Source of the DNA: the human T2T-CHM13v2.0 reference genome, Homo sapiens
Length of the DNA: 64,000 nt
Reading direction: 5' to 3' (one strand)
Assembly: GCF_009914755.1 (NCBI RefSeq)
Contig: NC_060947.1
Part shown: positions 27,615-40,364 of the stretch, in pieces
Numbering within the stretch: the first letter of the stretch is position 1
How the letters are laid out: each line of letters opens with the position of its first letter
Program-made: the position numbers and the translations under genes
Notes under the pieces: model-generated
What the model was told of the DNA's origin: nothing
What the model saw: only the letters and a program-made list of their open reading frames with translations
The model's database searches: none

Positions 27615-27810
27615 TGCACCACTTCTCTACCAGGGGTGATTTTTGCTCCCCAGGCAACTTGGCCATGTCTGGAGACATTTTTGGTTATTAGGATTGGGGT
27701 TGGTGCTCTTGTTGTCTAATGGGTAGAGGCCAGGGATACTGCTTAACATCCCACAATGCGCAGGACAGCCCCCAAACAAATATCTATAGTGCAAACAAGA
27801 AACTCTAGCC
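27615..27810 (+). mobile_element. MER20
   Basis: ggtgatttttgctccccagg...atgtctggagacatttttggtt...gggtagaggccagggatactgct. Confidence 0.85.
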
Positions 27811-28356
27811 TAACATATAATGGCAGAGGTTTGTTGAGAAAGATGGACCACAGCTGTGCTCCTGGGTCAAGACCATGGGAAGAAGATGGAACAACCTGCT
27901 TTATCTATTGCAAAGATGGCATTTATGCCAACCAAAATCCTTTCTAAATGACTGGACAAGAGCCAAGGCTAAGCCAAGGGAGCTCTAATCCTTAAGAGGT
28001 ACAGGCCAACGTTTCACAAACTCAGTCTTAATTACAGTTATTGGCTGAGACAACATAGAATCCACTCTCCCAATGAACCAGTTTATAATTTGTCCTAATA
28101 TTCTCCCTAAAGGTCAGCCTTAAAATAATTTTCAAAAACTACTTTGTCTTACAATCTAAACATTCTATTGAGCTTTTGCCTCCACTCCCACTATCAGGCT
28201 CTTCTGCCTTCTCTAACCATGCCCTATATCATTAGGCTAAGAGATCATAAATATCTGTCCATAGTAAATATTCAGAGAACCCATGAAAATCAAGCCAAAA
28301 AGCAAGAGAGGACAGAAGACAGAAAATGTTTATTTTTCTTGCAATCGTCTTCTTAC

Positions 28357-28656
28357 TTTCTTCTTTTATTTTATGAGATAGGGTCTTGTTCTGTCAACCA
28401 TGCTGGAGTGCAGTGGTATAATCTCGGTTCACTTCAGCCTAGAAGTCCCCAGCTCAAGTGATCCTCCCACCTCAGCCTCCCAACTAGCTGAGACAACAGG
28501 CATGTGCCACCATGCCCAGCTAATTTTTGTACTTTTTGTAGAGATGGGGTTTTGCCATGTTACCCATGCTGGTCTAGAACTCCCGGGCTGAAGTGATCCA
28601 CATGCCTCAGCCTCACAAAGTGCTGGGATTATAGGCGTGAGACAGTGCGATCGGTC
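28357..28656 (-). mobile_element. AluJ
   Basis: T-rich tail then gagatagggtcttg...gctcaagtgatcctcccacctcagcc (J-type); about 120 bp from the exon 3 donor. Confidence 0.88.
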
Positions 28657-28687
28657 TGCTTCTTTACTTTCTTTAAGGATTTTATCA

Positions 28688-28927
<240 letters not shown>

Positions 28928-28994
28928 TCAACCAAGTCACAAAATTCAAAAGCAATCACAAGTTCCATCCATTTTATTATACATCAAGAGAAGT

Positions 28995-29182
28995 GGCATA
29001 GCAAGTATTTATAGAATTCCTATTAGGGGATTAGTGTTATACATACTTTGCTCACTGGATCCTCACCACAATGACCCATAAGGTAGATATTATTATTAGT
29101 CTCATTTTATAGATAAGGAAAATCAAGAGTCATATAACCAGTAAGAAGCTGAGATGGAACTCAAACCCAGGTTTGTCTGACA
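28995..29182 (-). mobile_element. MIR
   Basis: attattagtctcattttatagataaggaaa...gaactcaaacccaggtttgtctgac. Confidence 0.7.
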
Positions 29183-29563
29183 ATGATGTACAAAATCTTT
29201 TTAAATTTAATTTTATTTTTCCATAAGTTATTGGGGTACAGGTGGTATTTGGTTACATGAGTAAGTTCTTTAGTGGTGATTTGTGAGACCCTGGTGCATC
29301 CATCACCCTAGCAGTATACACTGCACCATATTTGTTGTCTTTTATCTCTTGTCCCCCTCCCACTCTTCCCCCCAAGTGCCCAAAGTCCACTGTATCATTC
29401 TTATGCCTTTACATCCTCATAGCTTAGCTCCCACATATCAGTGAGATCATACGATGTTCGGTTTCCATTTCTGAGTTACTTCACTTAGAATAATAGTCTC
29501 CAATCTCATCTAGGTCATTGCAAATGCTGTTAATTCATTCCTTTTTGTGGCTGAGTAGTATTC

Positions 29564-29698
29564 ATATATATACACACACACATATATATATACACACATA
29601 TATATAATCAATAGAAACATATATATATATATATATATACACACACATACTGACTCTCTGTCTCTGTCTCTCTATCTATCTATCTATTTATCTATATG
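29564..29698. repeat. Compound (TA)n/(CA)n/(TCTA)n microsatellite inside L1PB
   Basis: Directly visible. Confidence 0.9.
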
Positions 29699-30406
29699 TT
29701 TCTTTATCCACTCATTGATTGATGGGCATTTGGGTTGGTTCTACAATTATGCAATTGTGCATTGTGCTGCTATAAACATGCGTGTGCAAGTATCTTTTTC
29801 GAATAATGACTTCTTTTCCTCTGCATAGATACCCAACACTGGGATTTCTGGATCAAATGGTAGTTCTACTTTTAATTATTTAAGGAATCTCCACACTGTT
29901 TTCCATAGCGGATGTACTAGTTTACATTCCCTGCATCCACACCAACATCTACTGTTTTTTCGTTTTTTGATTATGGTCATTCTTGAAGGAGTATGGTGGT
30001 ATTGCATTTGATTATGGTCATTCTTGAAGGAGTAAGGTGGTATTGCATTCTGGTTTTGATTTGCATTTCCCTGATCTTTAGTGATGTTGATCATTTTTTC
30101 ATATGTTTGTTGGGCATTTGTATATCTTCTTTTGAGAATTGTCTATTCATGTCCTTGGCCCACTTTTTGATAGGATTTTTTTTTCTTACTGATTTGTTCA
30201 TTGTAAATTCTGGATATTAGTCCTTTGTCAGATGTATAGATTGTGAAGATTTTCTCCCACTCTGTGGGTTGTTTGTTTACTCTGTTGACTGTTCCTTTTG
30301 CCATGCAAAAGCTCTTTAGTTTAATTAGGTCACAGCTATTTATCTTTGTTTTTATTGCATTTGCTTTTGGGTTTTTGGTCATGAAATCCTTGTCTAAGCC
30401 AATGTC

Positions 30407-31461
30407 TGTTGCGGGAAGTCAGGGACCCCGAACAGAGGGACTGGCTGGAGCCGTGGCAGAGGAACATAAATTGTGAAGATTTCATGGACATTAACCAGTT
30501 CCCAAACAATACTTTCATAATTTCTTACACTTGTCTTACTTTGATCTCTTAATCCTGTTATCTTCGTAAGCTAAGGATGTACATCACCTCAGTGCCACTA
30601 TGATAATTGTGTTAACTGTACAAATTGACTGTAAAACATGTGGGTTTGAACAATATGAAATCAGTGCATCTTGAAAAAGAACAGAATAACAGCAATTTTA
30701 GGGAACAAGGGAAGACGACCATAATGTCTGACTGCCTGTAGGGTCAGGCAAAAAGAGCCATATTTTTCTTCTTGCAGAGAGCCTATAAATGGACATGCAA
30801 GTAGGGAAGATATCTCTAAATTATTTTCCTAGCAAGGATTACTCTGGGAAAGGAATGCATTCCTGGGGGGAGGTCTATAAATGGCTGCTCTGGGAGTGTC
30901 TGTCTTATGTGGTTGAGATAAGGACTGAAATGCACCCTGGTCTCCTGCAGTACCCTCAGGCTTACTAGGGTGGGGAAAAACCCCGCTCTGGGAAATTTGA
31001 GGTCACACTGGTTCTCTGCTCTCGAACCCTGTTTTCTGTTGTTTAAGATGTTTATCAAGACAATAAGTGCACCGCTGAACATAGACCCTTATCAGTAATT
31101 CTGCTTTTGCCCTTTGAGTTGTGATCTTTGTTGGACCCTTATCAGGAGTTTCTGATTTTGCCCTTGTCCTGTTTCCTCAGAAGCATGTGATCTTTGTTCT
31201 CTTTTTTGTCCTTTGAAGCATGTGATCTTGTGACCTACTCCCTGTTCTTGCACCCCCTCCCCTTTTGAAATCCTTAATAAAACTTGCTGGTTTTGTGGCT
31301 CAGGTGGGCATCACCATCCTACCGATATGTGATTTCACCCCCAGCGGCCCAGCTGTAAAATTCCTCTCTTTGTACTCTTTCTCTTTATTTCTTAGCCGGT
31401 TGACATTTATGGAAAATAGAAAGAACCTACGTTGAAATATTGGTGGCATGTTTCCCCAGTA
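30407..31461 (+). mobile_element. MER11A solo LTR (HERV-K HML-8)
   Basis: Starts tgttgcgggaagtcagggacccc, ends ttccccagta; perfect 6-bp TSD AATGTC at 30401-30406 and 31462-31467; AATAAA at 31276. Confidence 0.92.
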
Positions 31462-31760
31462 AATGTCTAGAAGGGTTTTTCCAATGTTATCTTCTAGAGT
31501 TTTTATAGTTTCAGGTCTTAGGTTTAAGTCCTTAATCCATCTTGAGTTGATTTTTGTATAAGGTGAGAGACGAGGATCCAGTTTCATTCTCTTACATGTG
31601 GCTTGCCAGTTATCCCAGCACTATTTGTTGAAAAGGACCCCCACATTTATGTTTTTGTTTGCTTTGCTGAAGATCAGTTGGCTGTAAGTATTTGGGTTTA
31701 TTTCTGGGTTCTCTATTCTGTTCCATTGGTCTATATGCCTATTTTTATACCAGTACCATG

Positions 31761-34072
31761 ATCCCAAATTTATAAAACAATTACTAACAGACCTAAGAAA
31801 TGAAATAGACAGCAACACAGTAATAGTAGGGGACTTCAATATTCCACTGACAGCACTAGACAGATCATCAAGACACAAAGTCAACAAAGAAACAATGGAT
31901 TTAAACTATACCTTGGAACAAATGGACTTACAAGATATATATAGAATATTTCATCCAACAACCACAGAATACACATTCTATTCAACAGAGCATGGAACTT
32001 TCTGCAAAATAGACCATATGATAGGTCATAAAACAAGCCTCAATAAATTTAAGAAAATCGAAATTGTATCAAGCACTCTCTCAGACCACAGTGGAATAAA
32101 ACTGGAAATCAACTCCAAAAGGAACCTTCAAAACCACACAAATAAATGGAAATTAAATAACCTGCTCCCGAATGAGCATTGGGTGAAAAACAAAATCAAG
32201 ATAGAAATTTAAAAATTCTTCAAACTGAATGATAATAATGACAGAACCTTATCAAAATCTCTGGGATAAGGCTAAGGCAGTGCTAAGAGGAAAGTGCATA
32301 ACCCTAAACACCTACATCGAAAAGTCTGAAAGAGCACAAATAGACAATCTAAGGTCACACCTCAAGGAACTAGAGAAACAAGAACAAACCAAACCCAAAC
32401 CCAGCAGAAGAAAGGAAATAACCAAGATCAGAGTAGAACTAAATGAAATTGAAACAAAAAAAAGACACAAAAGATAAGTGAAACAAAAAGCTGGTTCTTT
32501 GAAAAGATAAATAAAATCGATAGACCATTAGCAAGATTAACCAAGAAAAGAGAGAAAATTCAAATAACCTCACTGAGAAACAAAACAGGAGTATCTTCAA
32601 ATACTGAAATACGAAAGATCATTCAAGACTACTATGAACACCTTTACACACATAAACTAGGAAACCTAGAAGAGATGGATAAATTCCTGGAAAAATACAA
32701 CCCTCCTAGCTTAAATCAAGAAGAATTAGATACCCTGAACAAACCAATAACAAGCAGAGAGATTGAAATGGTAATTTAAAAATTACCAACAAAAAAAGTC
32801 CAGGACCAGGTGGATTCACAGCAGAATTCTGCCAGACATTCAAAGAAGAATTGGTACCAATCCTTTTGACACTACTCCATAAGACAGAGCAAGAAGGAAC
32901 CCTCCTTAATTCATTCTATGAAGCCAGCATCACCCTAACACCAAAACCAGGAAAGGCCACAACCAAAAAAGGAAACTACAGACCAATATCTTTGATGAAC
33001 ATAGATGCTAAAATCATTAACAAAATACTATCTAACTGAATCCAACAACCTATCAAAAAGACAATCCACCACGATCAAGTAGGTTTCATACCAGGGATGC
33101 AAGGATGGTTTAACATATGTAAGTCAATAAATGTGGTACACCACATAAACAGAATTAAAAACAAAAATCACATGATCATCTCAATAGATGCAGAAAAAGC
33201 ACTCGATAAAATCCAGTATCCCTTTATGATTAAAACCCTCAGCAAAATCGGCATACAAAGGACATACCTTAATGTAATAAAAGCCATCTATGACAAACTC
33301 ACAGCTAACATAATACTGAATGGGGAAAAGTTGAAAGCATTCCCTCTGAGAACTGGAGCAAGACAAGGATGCCTACTCTCACCACTCCTCTTCAACAAAG
33401 TAATGGAAGTCCTAGCCAGAGCAATCAGACAAGAGAAAGAAATAAAGGCCATCCAGATCAGTAAAGAGGAAGTCAAACTGTCCCAGTTTGCTGACAATAT
33501 GATCGTTTACCTTGAAAACCATAAGGAGTCTTCCAGAAAGCTCCTAAAACTGATAAAAGAATTCAGCAAAGTTTCTGGATACAAGATTAATGTACACAAA
33601 TCAGTAGCTCTTCTATACACCAAAAGCAATCAAGTGGAGAATCAAATCAAGAACTCAACCCCTTTTACAAAGGATGCAATAAAATAAAATAAAATAAAAT
33701 AAAATAAAATAAAATAAAATAAAATACTTAGGAATACATCTAACAAAGGAGTAGAAAGACCTTTACAAGGAAAACTAAAAACACTGCTGAGAGACATCAT
33801 AGATGACACAAACACATGGAAACACACCCCATGTTCATAGACAGGTAGAATTAATATTGTGAAAATGACCATACTGACAAAAGCAATCAGCAAATTCAAT
33901 ACAATCCCCATCAAAATACCACAGTCATTCTTCACAGAGTTAGAAAAAACAATTCTAAAATTCATATGGAACCAAAAAAGAGCCTGCATAGCCAAAGCAG
34001 GACTAAGCAAAAAGAACAAATCTGGAAGCATCACGCTACCTGATTTCAAACTATACTATAAGGCCATAGTCA
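31761..34072 (+). mobile_element. L1PB inverted 5' segment (disrupted ORF2 endonuclease and RT)
   Basis: ORF2 peptides [58 protein letters not shown]; several stops and frameshifts. Confidence 0.95.
33679..33726. repeat. (TAAAA)n pentanucleotide repeat in L1 ORF2
   Basis: About 9 units. Confidence 0.95.
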
Positions 34073-34289
34073 GCAATACAAAATTTTAACTACTACTCCG
34101 TTACAATGATAAAGGGAGCATATCATGTGTTCTTTTTCTTGAAAAGGTTGTGTTCCCTTTCTTTGGAAATGCAAGCTAATGTCTGAAATGTGGATGTATC
34201 AGAACATTCTCAGAGCTGTTGGTGGTATAGGAATGATAGATGATGCATTGTGTTAGGTCTCTATGATTGGCTTTGCCTACACATGTTAA

Positions 34290-34402
34290 CATCACTCAAT
34301 CATTTAACAAATATTTGAGCACTGTCAGGCAATATGCTAAGTGTTGCAGACGAAAAGAACTAAAATTTTTATACAAAGTCCCTGCTCCCATTCAACTTAC
34401 AG
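34290..34402 (-). mobile_element. L2 fragment
   Basis: tcatttaacaaatatttgagcac...caggcaatatgctaagtgttg...gtccctgctccca. Confidence 0.55.
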
Positions 34403-34423
34403 AATTCTTGCTTAAACAACTCC

Positions 34424-35012
34424 TGTGATGGTTAATATTAAGTGTCAACTTGATTGGATTGAAGGATGCAAAGCATCCTTCTGGGTGTATCCTATCTGGG
34501 TGTATCTGGGTGTCTCTGGGTGTTTTTGGATGTGGCCAGAGGAGATTAACATTTGAGTCAGTAGACTGGGAGAGGAAGACCTACCCACAATTTGGATGGG
34601 CACCATCCAATTTGCTGCCAGCAAGGCCAGAAAAAGCAGGTAGAAGAAGGTGGAAGAAGCTGACTTGCTGAGTCTTCTGGCCTTCATATTTCTTCCATGC
34701 TGGATGCTTCCTGCCCTCGAACATCAGACTCCAAGTTCTTTGGCTTTTGGACACTTGGACTTATACCAGTGGTTTGCCAGGGGCTCTCGGGCCTTCAGTC
34801 ACATACTGAAGGCTGCACTGTTGGCTTCCCTACTTTTGAGGTTTTGGGGCTCAGACTGAGCCACTAATGGCTTCTTTGCTCCTCAACTTGCAAACGGCCT
34901 ATTACAGGACTTCACCTTGTGATCGTGTGAGTCAGTTCTCCTTAATAAACTCCCTTTCATGTATACATATATCCTATTAGTTCTGTCCCTCTAGAGAACC
35001 CTGACTAATACA
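34424..35012 (+). mobile_element. MLT2A (HERV-L) solo LTR
   Basis: tgtgatggttaatattaagtgtcaacttgattggattgaagg...ctagagaaccctgactaataca; perfect 5-bp TSD ACTCC at 34419-34423 and 35013-35017. Confidence 0.92.
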
Positions 35013-35605
35013 ACTCCCAACTAACTCAAACCACTCACTCTCCTTTGCTGGAACAGAAATTTTGGTAGCCACAGCTTATCTTATACCACAGTTCACTTGA
35101 GCACATACCATGTTAACTGCCTTATTGTACATGATATATTTCTCCATCAGAGTCCCTGAAAGTAGGTAACATTTATTCTTTACTCTCTATTCATCACATG
35201 GCCTAGTACACTGTGGGCAATAAGCAATTATAGGCAATATGCAAGCATAAGCAACTGACAAATGATTGGTAAATTGAATTTCCAAATCAAGTGGTTTATC
35301 TTCTAATCCCATCCTCTTCTATCTCCCACTTTTCATCATACTAGCTCAAAATAAAGCAATACTCCTCTTATAATAAACACACAAATTTTCTTCAGTCCAG
35401 TGCAGATTTTCCTGACGATCAAAATTGAAGTAATAAAGACAGATAAGCACGAAGCTAAGAGAAGATATTGTGAACAAATAGTAAACAAAATATTAGTATT
35501 GGAATATTTTAATCATGCAAATCAATTAGGACCAACCAATCCAATAGAAAAACAATCTAAGTACAGAAATAGGCAAGTCAGAAAAGAAGAAATTGGAACA
35601 GACAA

Positions 35606-35959
35606 CGTATTAGTCCATTTTCATGCTGCTGATAAAGTCATACCTGCAACTGGGCAATTTACAAAAGAAAGAAGTTTATTGGACTTATAGTTCTATGTGG
35701 CTGGGGAGGTCTCACAATCATGGTGGAAGGTGAAAGGCACATCTCACATGGCAGCATTCAAGAGAAGAGAGCTTGTGCAGGGAAACTCCCTTTTTTAAAA
35801 CCATCAGATCTTGTAAGACTCATTCACTATCATTAGAACAGAGCAAGAAAGACCCGCCCCCATAACTGACCTCCCGCCGGGTTTCTCCCACGACATGTGG
35901 TAATTGTGGGAGTTACAATTCAAGATGGATTTGGGTGGAGACATAGCCAAACGATACCA
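35606..35959 (-). mobile_element. THE1 (THE1A/B-like, MaLR) solo LTR
   Basis: gtattagtccattttcatgctgctgataaag...aaaaccatcagatcttgt...acatagccaaacgatacca; TSD GACAA/GAGAA; interrupts an old L1 fragment. Confidence 0.9.
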
Positions 35960-36144
35960 GAGAATAAATATTAAAAGATGTTCAACCTCACTAGTAATCA
36001 GAAATCTAAATTAAAACTAAACTGAGAGAGATGCCTCATATCAATGATTGCTTCAAAGAACCTCTATGAATCTTTCCAAATACCCACAAGGTGAATTCCA
36101 ATTTATTTTTCAAACCTTTCTTTACAATTTCTTCAGAATAATAA

Positions 36145-36325
36145 ACTGGGAGACAGAAAATCTAGGTTTGAGTCCTAACCTACTCTGTGTGACATTGAGT
36201 AAGTCACTCAAACCCTGATAACCTTTTCAACATCTGTGAAATATTATGTTTCTCAAGTGGATGTTAGAGGATTAAATGAAGCACTTTGTAAATTATAAAG
36301 TGCTATAAAATATAGAGTGTTATTT
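36145..36325 (+). mobile_element. MIR
   Basis: ctaggtttgagtcctaac...tgtgtgacattgagtaagtcact...gaggattaaatgaa. Confidence 0.7.
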
Positions 36326-36910
36326 TATAAACATTATACATAATCCCAGTACAGGAAGATAACCACTTTTAAGAAGCTGGTAGCATATAAATAGTCTGTG
36401 GGTTGAAGAAGAAATCAATAGGAAATTAGAAAGTATTTTGTACTAAATGAAAATGAAAACACAGCACATCATTTAGGGATTCAGCTAAAAAAGCACTTAG
36501 AAGGAAATTCGTATCACTAAATATCTATATTGGAAAAGGAGAAAAGTCTCAAATCAATATCTTAAACTAGAAAAAGTAGGACAAAATAAGAAAAAAAATA
36601 GAATAATAAAGAGCAGAAATCAATGAAATTGAAGACAGAAAGTCAATAAGGAAAAACCAATGAGATCAAAACTGGATCTTTAGGAAGATCAATAAAATTG
36701 ATAAACCCCTATAGATAAAAAGAGAGAAGACAAAAACTACTAAGACTAGAGACAAAAAAGAGGGTTTCATTGCATTGACTACAGACATTAAAAGGGTAAG
36801 GGTAAAAAGGGAACAATGTGAATAACTGTATGCCAGTTAGTTTAACAACATAGAATGATTAATTCTTGAAACAACATAAAATGGATTAATTCTTTGAAAG
36901 ACACACATTA

Positions 36911-37322
<412 letters not shown>

Positions 37323-38437
37323 TCAGATGTCTCCACCGGTGAATTCTATCAAACATTCTACCAAACCCTTCCAGAAAACTGAAGAGGAGGGAATACTTCC
37401 CAACTGAATATTTAATGCAAGCTTTACACTGATACCAAAACCAGATAAAGATATTACAAGAACAGAAACTACAGACAAATATCCCTTAAGAACATAGATG
37501 CAAAAATTCTCAACAAAATTTTAACAAACTAAATCTAACAATATGTAGAAAGATAATACTTTTATGAGCAAGTGGGGCTTATCCTGGAAATTCAAGGCTA
37601 GTTCAACATTCAAAATCCAATCAATGTAATTCACCATATCAACAAACCAAAGAAGGAAAATCATGTAATCATTGCCACAGATGCAGAAAAATCATTTGAC
37701 AAAATTCTACATCCATTCATGACAGACAGTCTCTGCAAACTAGAATGAGTACTTCCTCAACCTGATAAAGGGCATCTACAAAAAACCTATAGCTAATATT
37801 ACACTTAATGGCAAGAGACTGCTTTACCCCTAAGATCAGGAATTATACAAGGATGTCTGCTTCACTACTCCTGGAGATATTAGTCAGTGAAACTGGGTAA
37901 GAAGAACAAATAAAAGGCCTATATGCTGGAAAGTAAAAAAATAAAACTTTCTATTCACAAATAGACATAATTTTCTACATAGAAAATCTATAAGAATATA
38001 TTAAAAAGTTACTATAGAGAATTTATAAATCATATTTATATATTTTATAATGAACAATTAGAAATTGAATATTGAAAGTGTACTATTTTCAATAGCTCTC
38101 CCAAAACTTGAAAATACTGAAGTATAAATCTAACAAAATATGTGTAAGATCTTCGCTTAGAAAGCTAAAAAACGCTGATGAAAAAAATCAATGAAGGCCT
38201 AAAAAATGGAGAGATACACTTTATTTATGGATTGAAAGATACAAAATTGTTAAGATATCAGTTCTCTCCAATATGATTTATAGATTCCATACAATCTAAA
38301 TCGAATTACCAGCATGATCTTTTATAAAAATTGGTAATCTAATGAAAAATTTATATGGAAAGGCAAAGAAAGTAGAATAGCCAAAACAATTTTGCAAAAG
38401 AAACATGTCAGAGACTTAATATAAAATTACACTTTTT

Positions 38438-38738
<301 letters not shown>

Positions 38739-39496
38739 ACAGACTGACGTTTTCAAGACAATGTGGTGTTGGTGAAATGTTAGACAAATAGATCAACAGA
38801 ATAAAATAGATTCAAAATCTACCCACATATGTGGTCAATTGATTTTCAACAAAGGTGCAAAGGGAATTCAATGGAAAAGGGATAGTACTTTCAACAAATG
38901 CTGCCTAAATATTTGGATAGTAATATACAAAACATAAACTAAAATGAACCTTAATCCATATCACATACTATATATAAAAATAAACTCAAGATGGGTTATA
39001 GACTTTAAAACCTAATTTTTTAAAACTTCTAAAAGAACAAACAGGAGAATATCTTTGTGATTCTGGTTTAGGCAAAAAGTTTAGAAATGACCAATGTCAC
39101 AATCCATAAAAGCACTCTATTTTGCTACCAAATACTACATCTTATTCATTCTATCTAACTGTATTTTTGTAGCCATTAAAATTTATTTTCTATTGATTAG
39201 TTTGGATTTGATTTACTCTTCTTTTTCTAGCTTCCCAGGGTGGTAGTCTGTATTATTCAGTTTAAATCTTTCCACTTTTAATATATTAATTCCTTGCTAT
39301 ATATTTCCTTCTAAGCACTGCATTTGCTGCAGCCTGCAAATTTTGATAAGTGGTATTTCCATTTTCTTTTAGCTCAAAATATTTTAAAATTTCTCTTGAG
39401 ACTTCTTCTTTGACCCATGTGCGATTTAGAAGTGTGGTTTTTAATCTCTAAATAGTTTGGAATTGTACAGCTTTCTGTTACTGATTTCTAGTTTAA

Positions 39497-39840
<344 letters not shown>

Positions 39841-40364
39841 CTATTATTTTGTGTTTCCTAAGGTATGTTTTATGACCCAGAATATGGTCTATTTTGGCGA
39901 ATGTTCCATGTGATCTTGAGAAGAATGTATATTCTCATGTTGTTGGATGGAGTATTCTACAGACATCAGTTAAATCCAGTTGACTGATGATTAAATTGAA
40001 CTATGTCCTTACTGATTTTCTGCCTGATGGATCTATAAATTACTAATAAAGGGGTATAGAAGCCTCCAGCTCTAATAGTTTGTATTTCTCCTTGCATTTC
40101 TATCAGTTTTTGCCTCACATATTTTGATGCTTTGTTAAGTGCAAACACATTAAGGACTGTTATGTTTTCTTGGAGAATATACCCCTTTATTAATATGTAA
40201 TGCCCCCCATTTTTCCCGGATAATTTTCCTTGTCCTAAAGTCTTCTTTGTCTGAAATTAATATAACAACTCCAGCTTTCTCTTGATTAGAGCTAGCACAG
40301 TATATATTGTTCCATTCCTTTACTTTTAACCCATCTGTGTCTTTATATTTAAACTAGGTTTCTT

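Larger units (their letters stand above)
29198..31760 (-). mobile_element. L1PB 3' segment (tail at left), interrupted by MER11A
   Basis: ttattggggtacaggtggtatttggttacatgagtaagttc (L1PB 3' UTR); ORF2 peptides [22 protein letters not shown] and [22 protein letters not shown]. Confidence 0.92.

Noticed and set aside
31895-34089. Endonuclease and reverse-transcriptase ORFs as an active or novel RT system
   Set aside because: Fragmented L1PB ORF2 with stops, frameshifts, FADN in place of FADD, and an inversion; inactive
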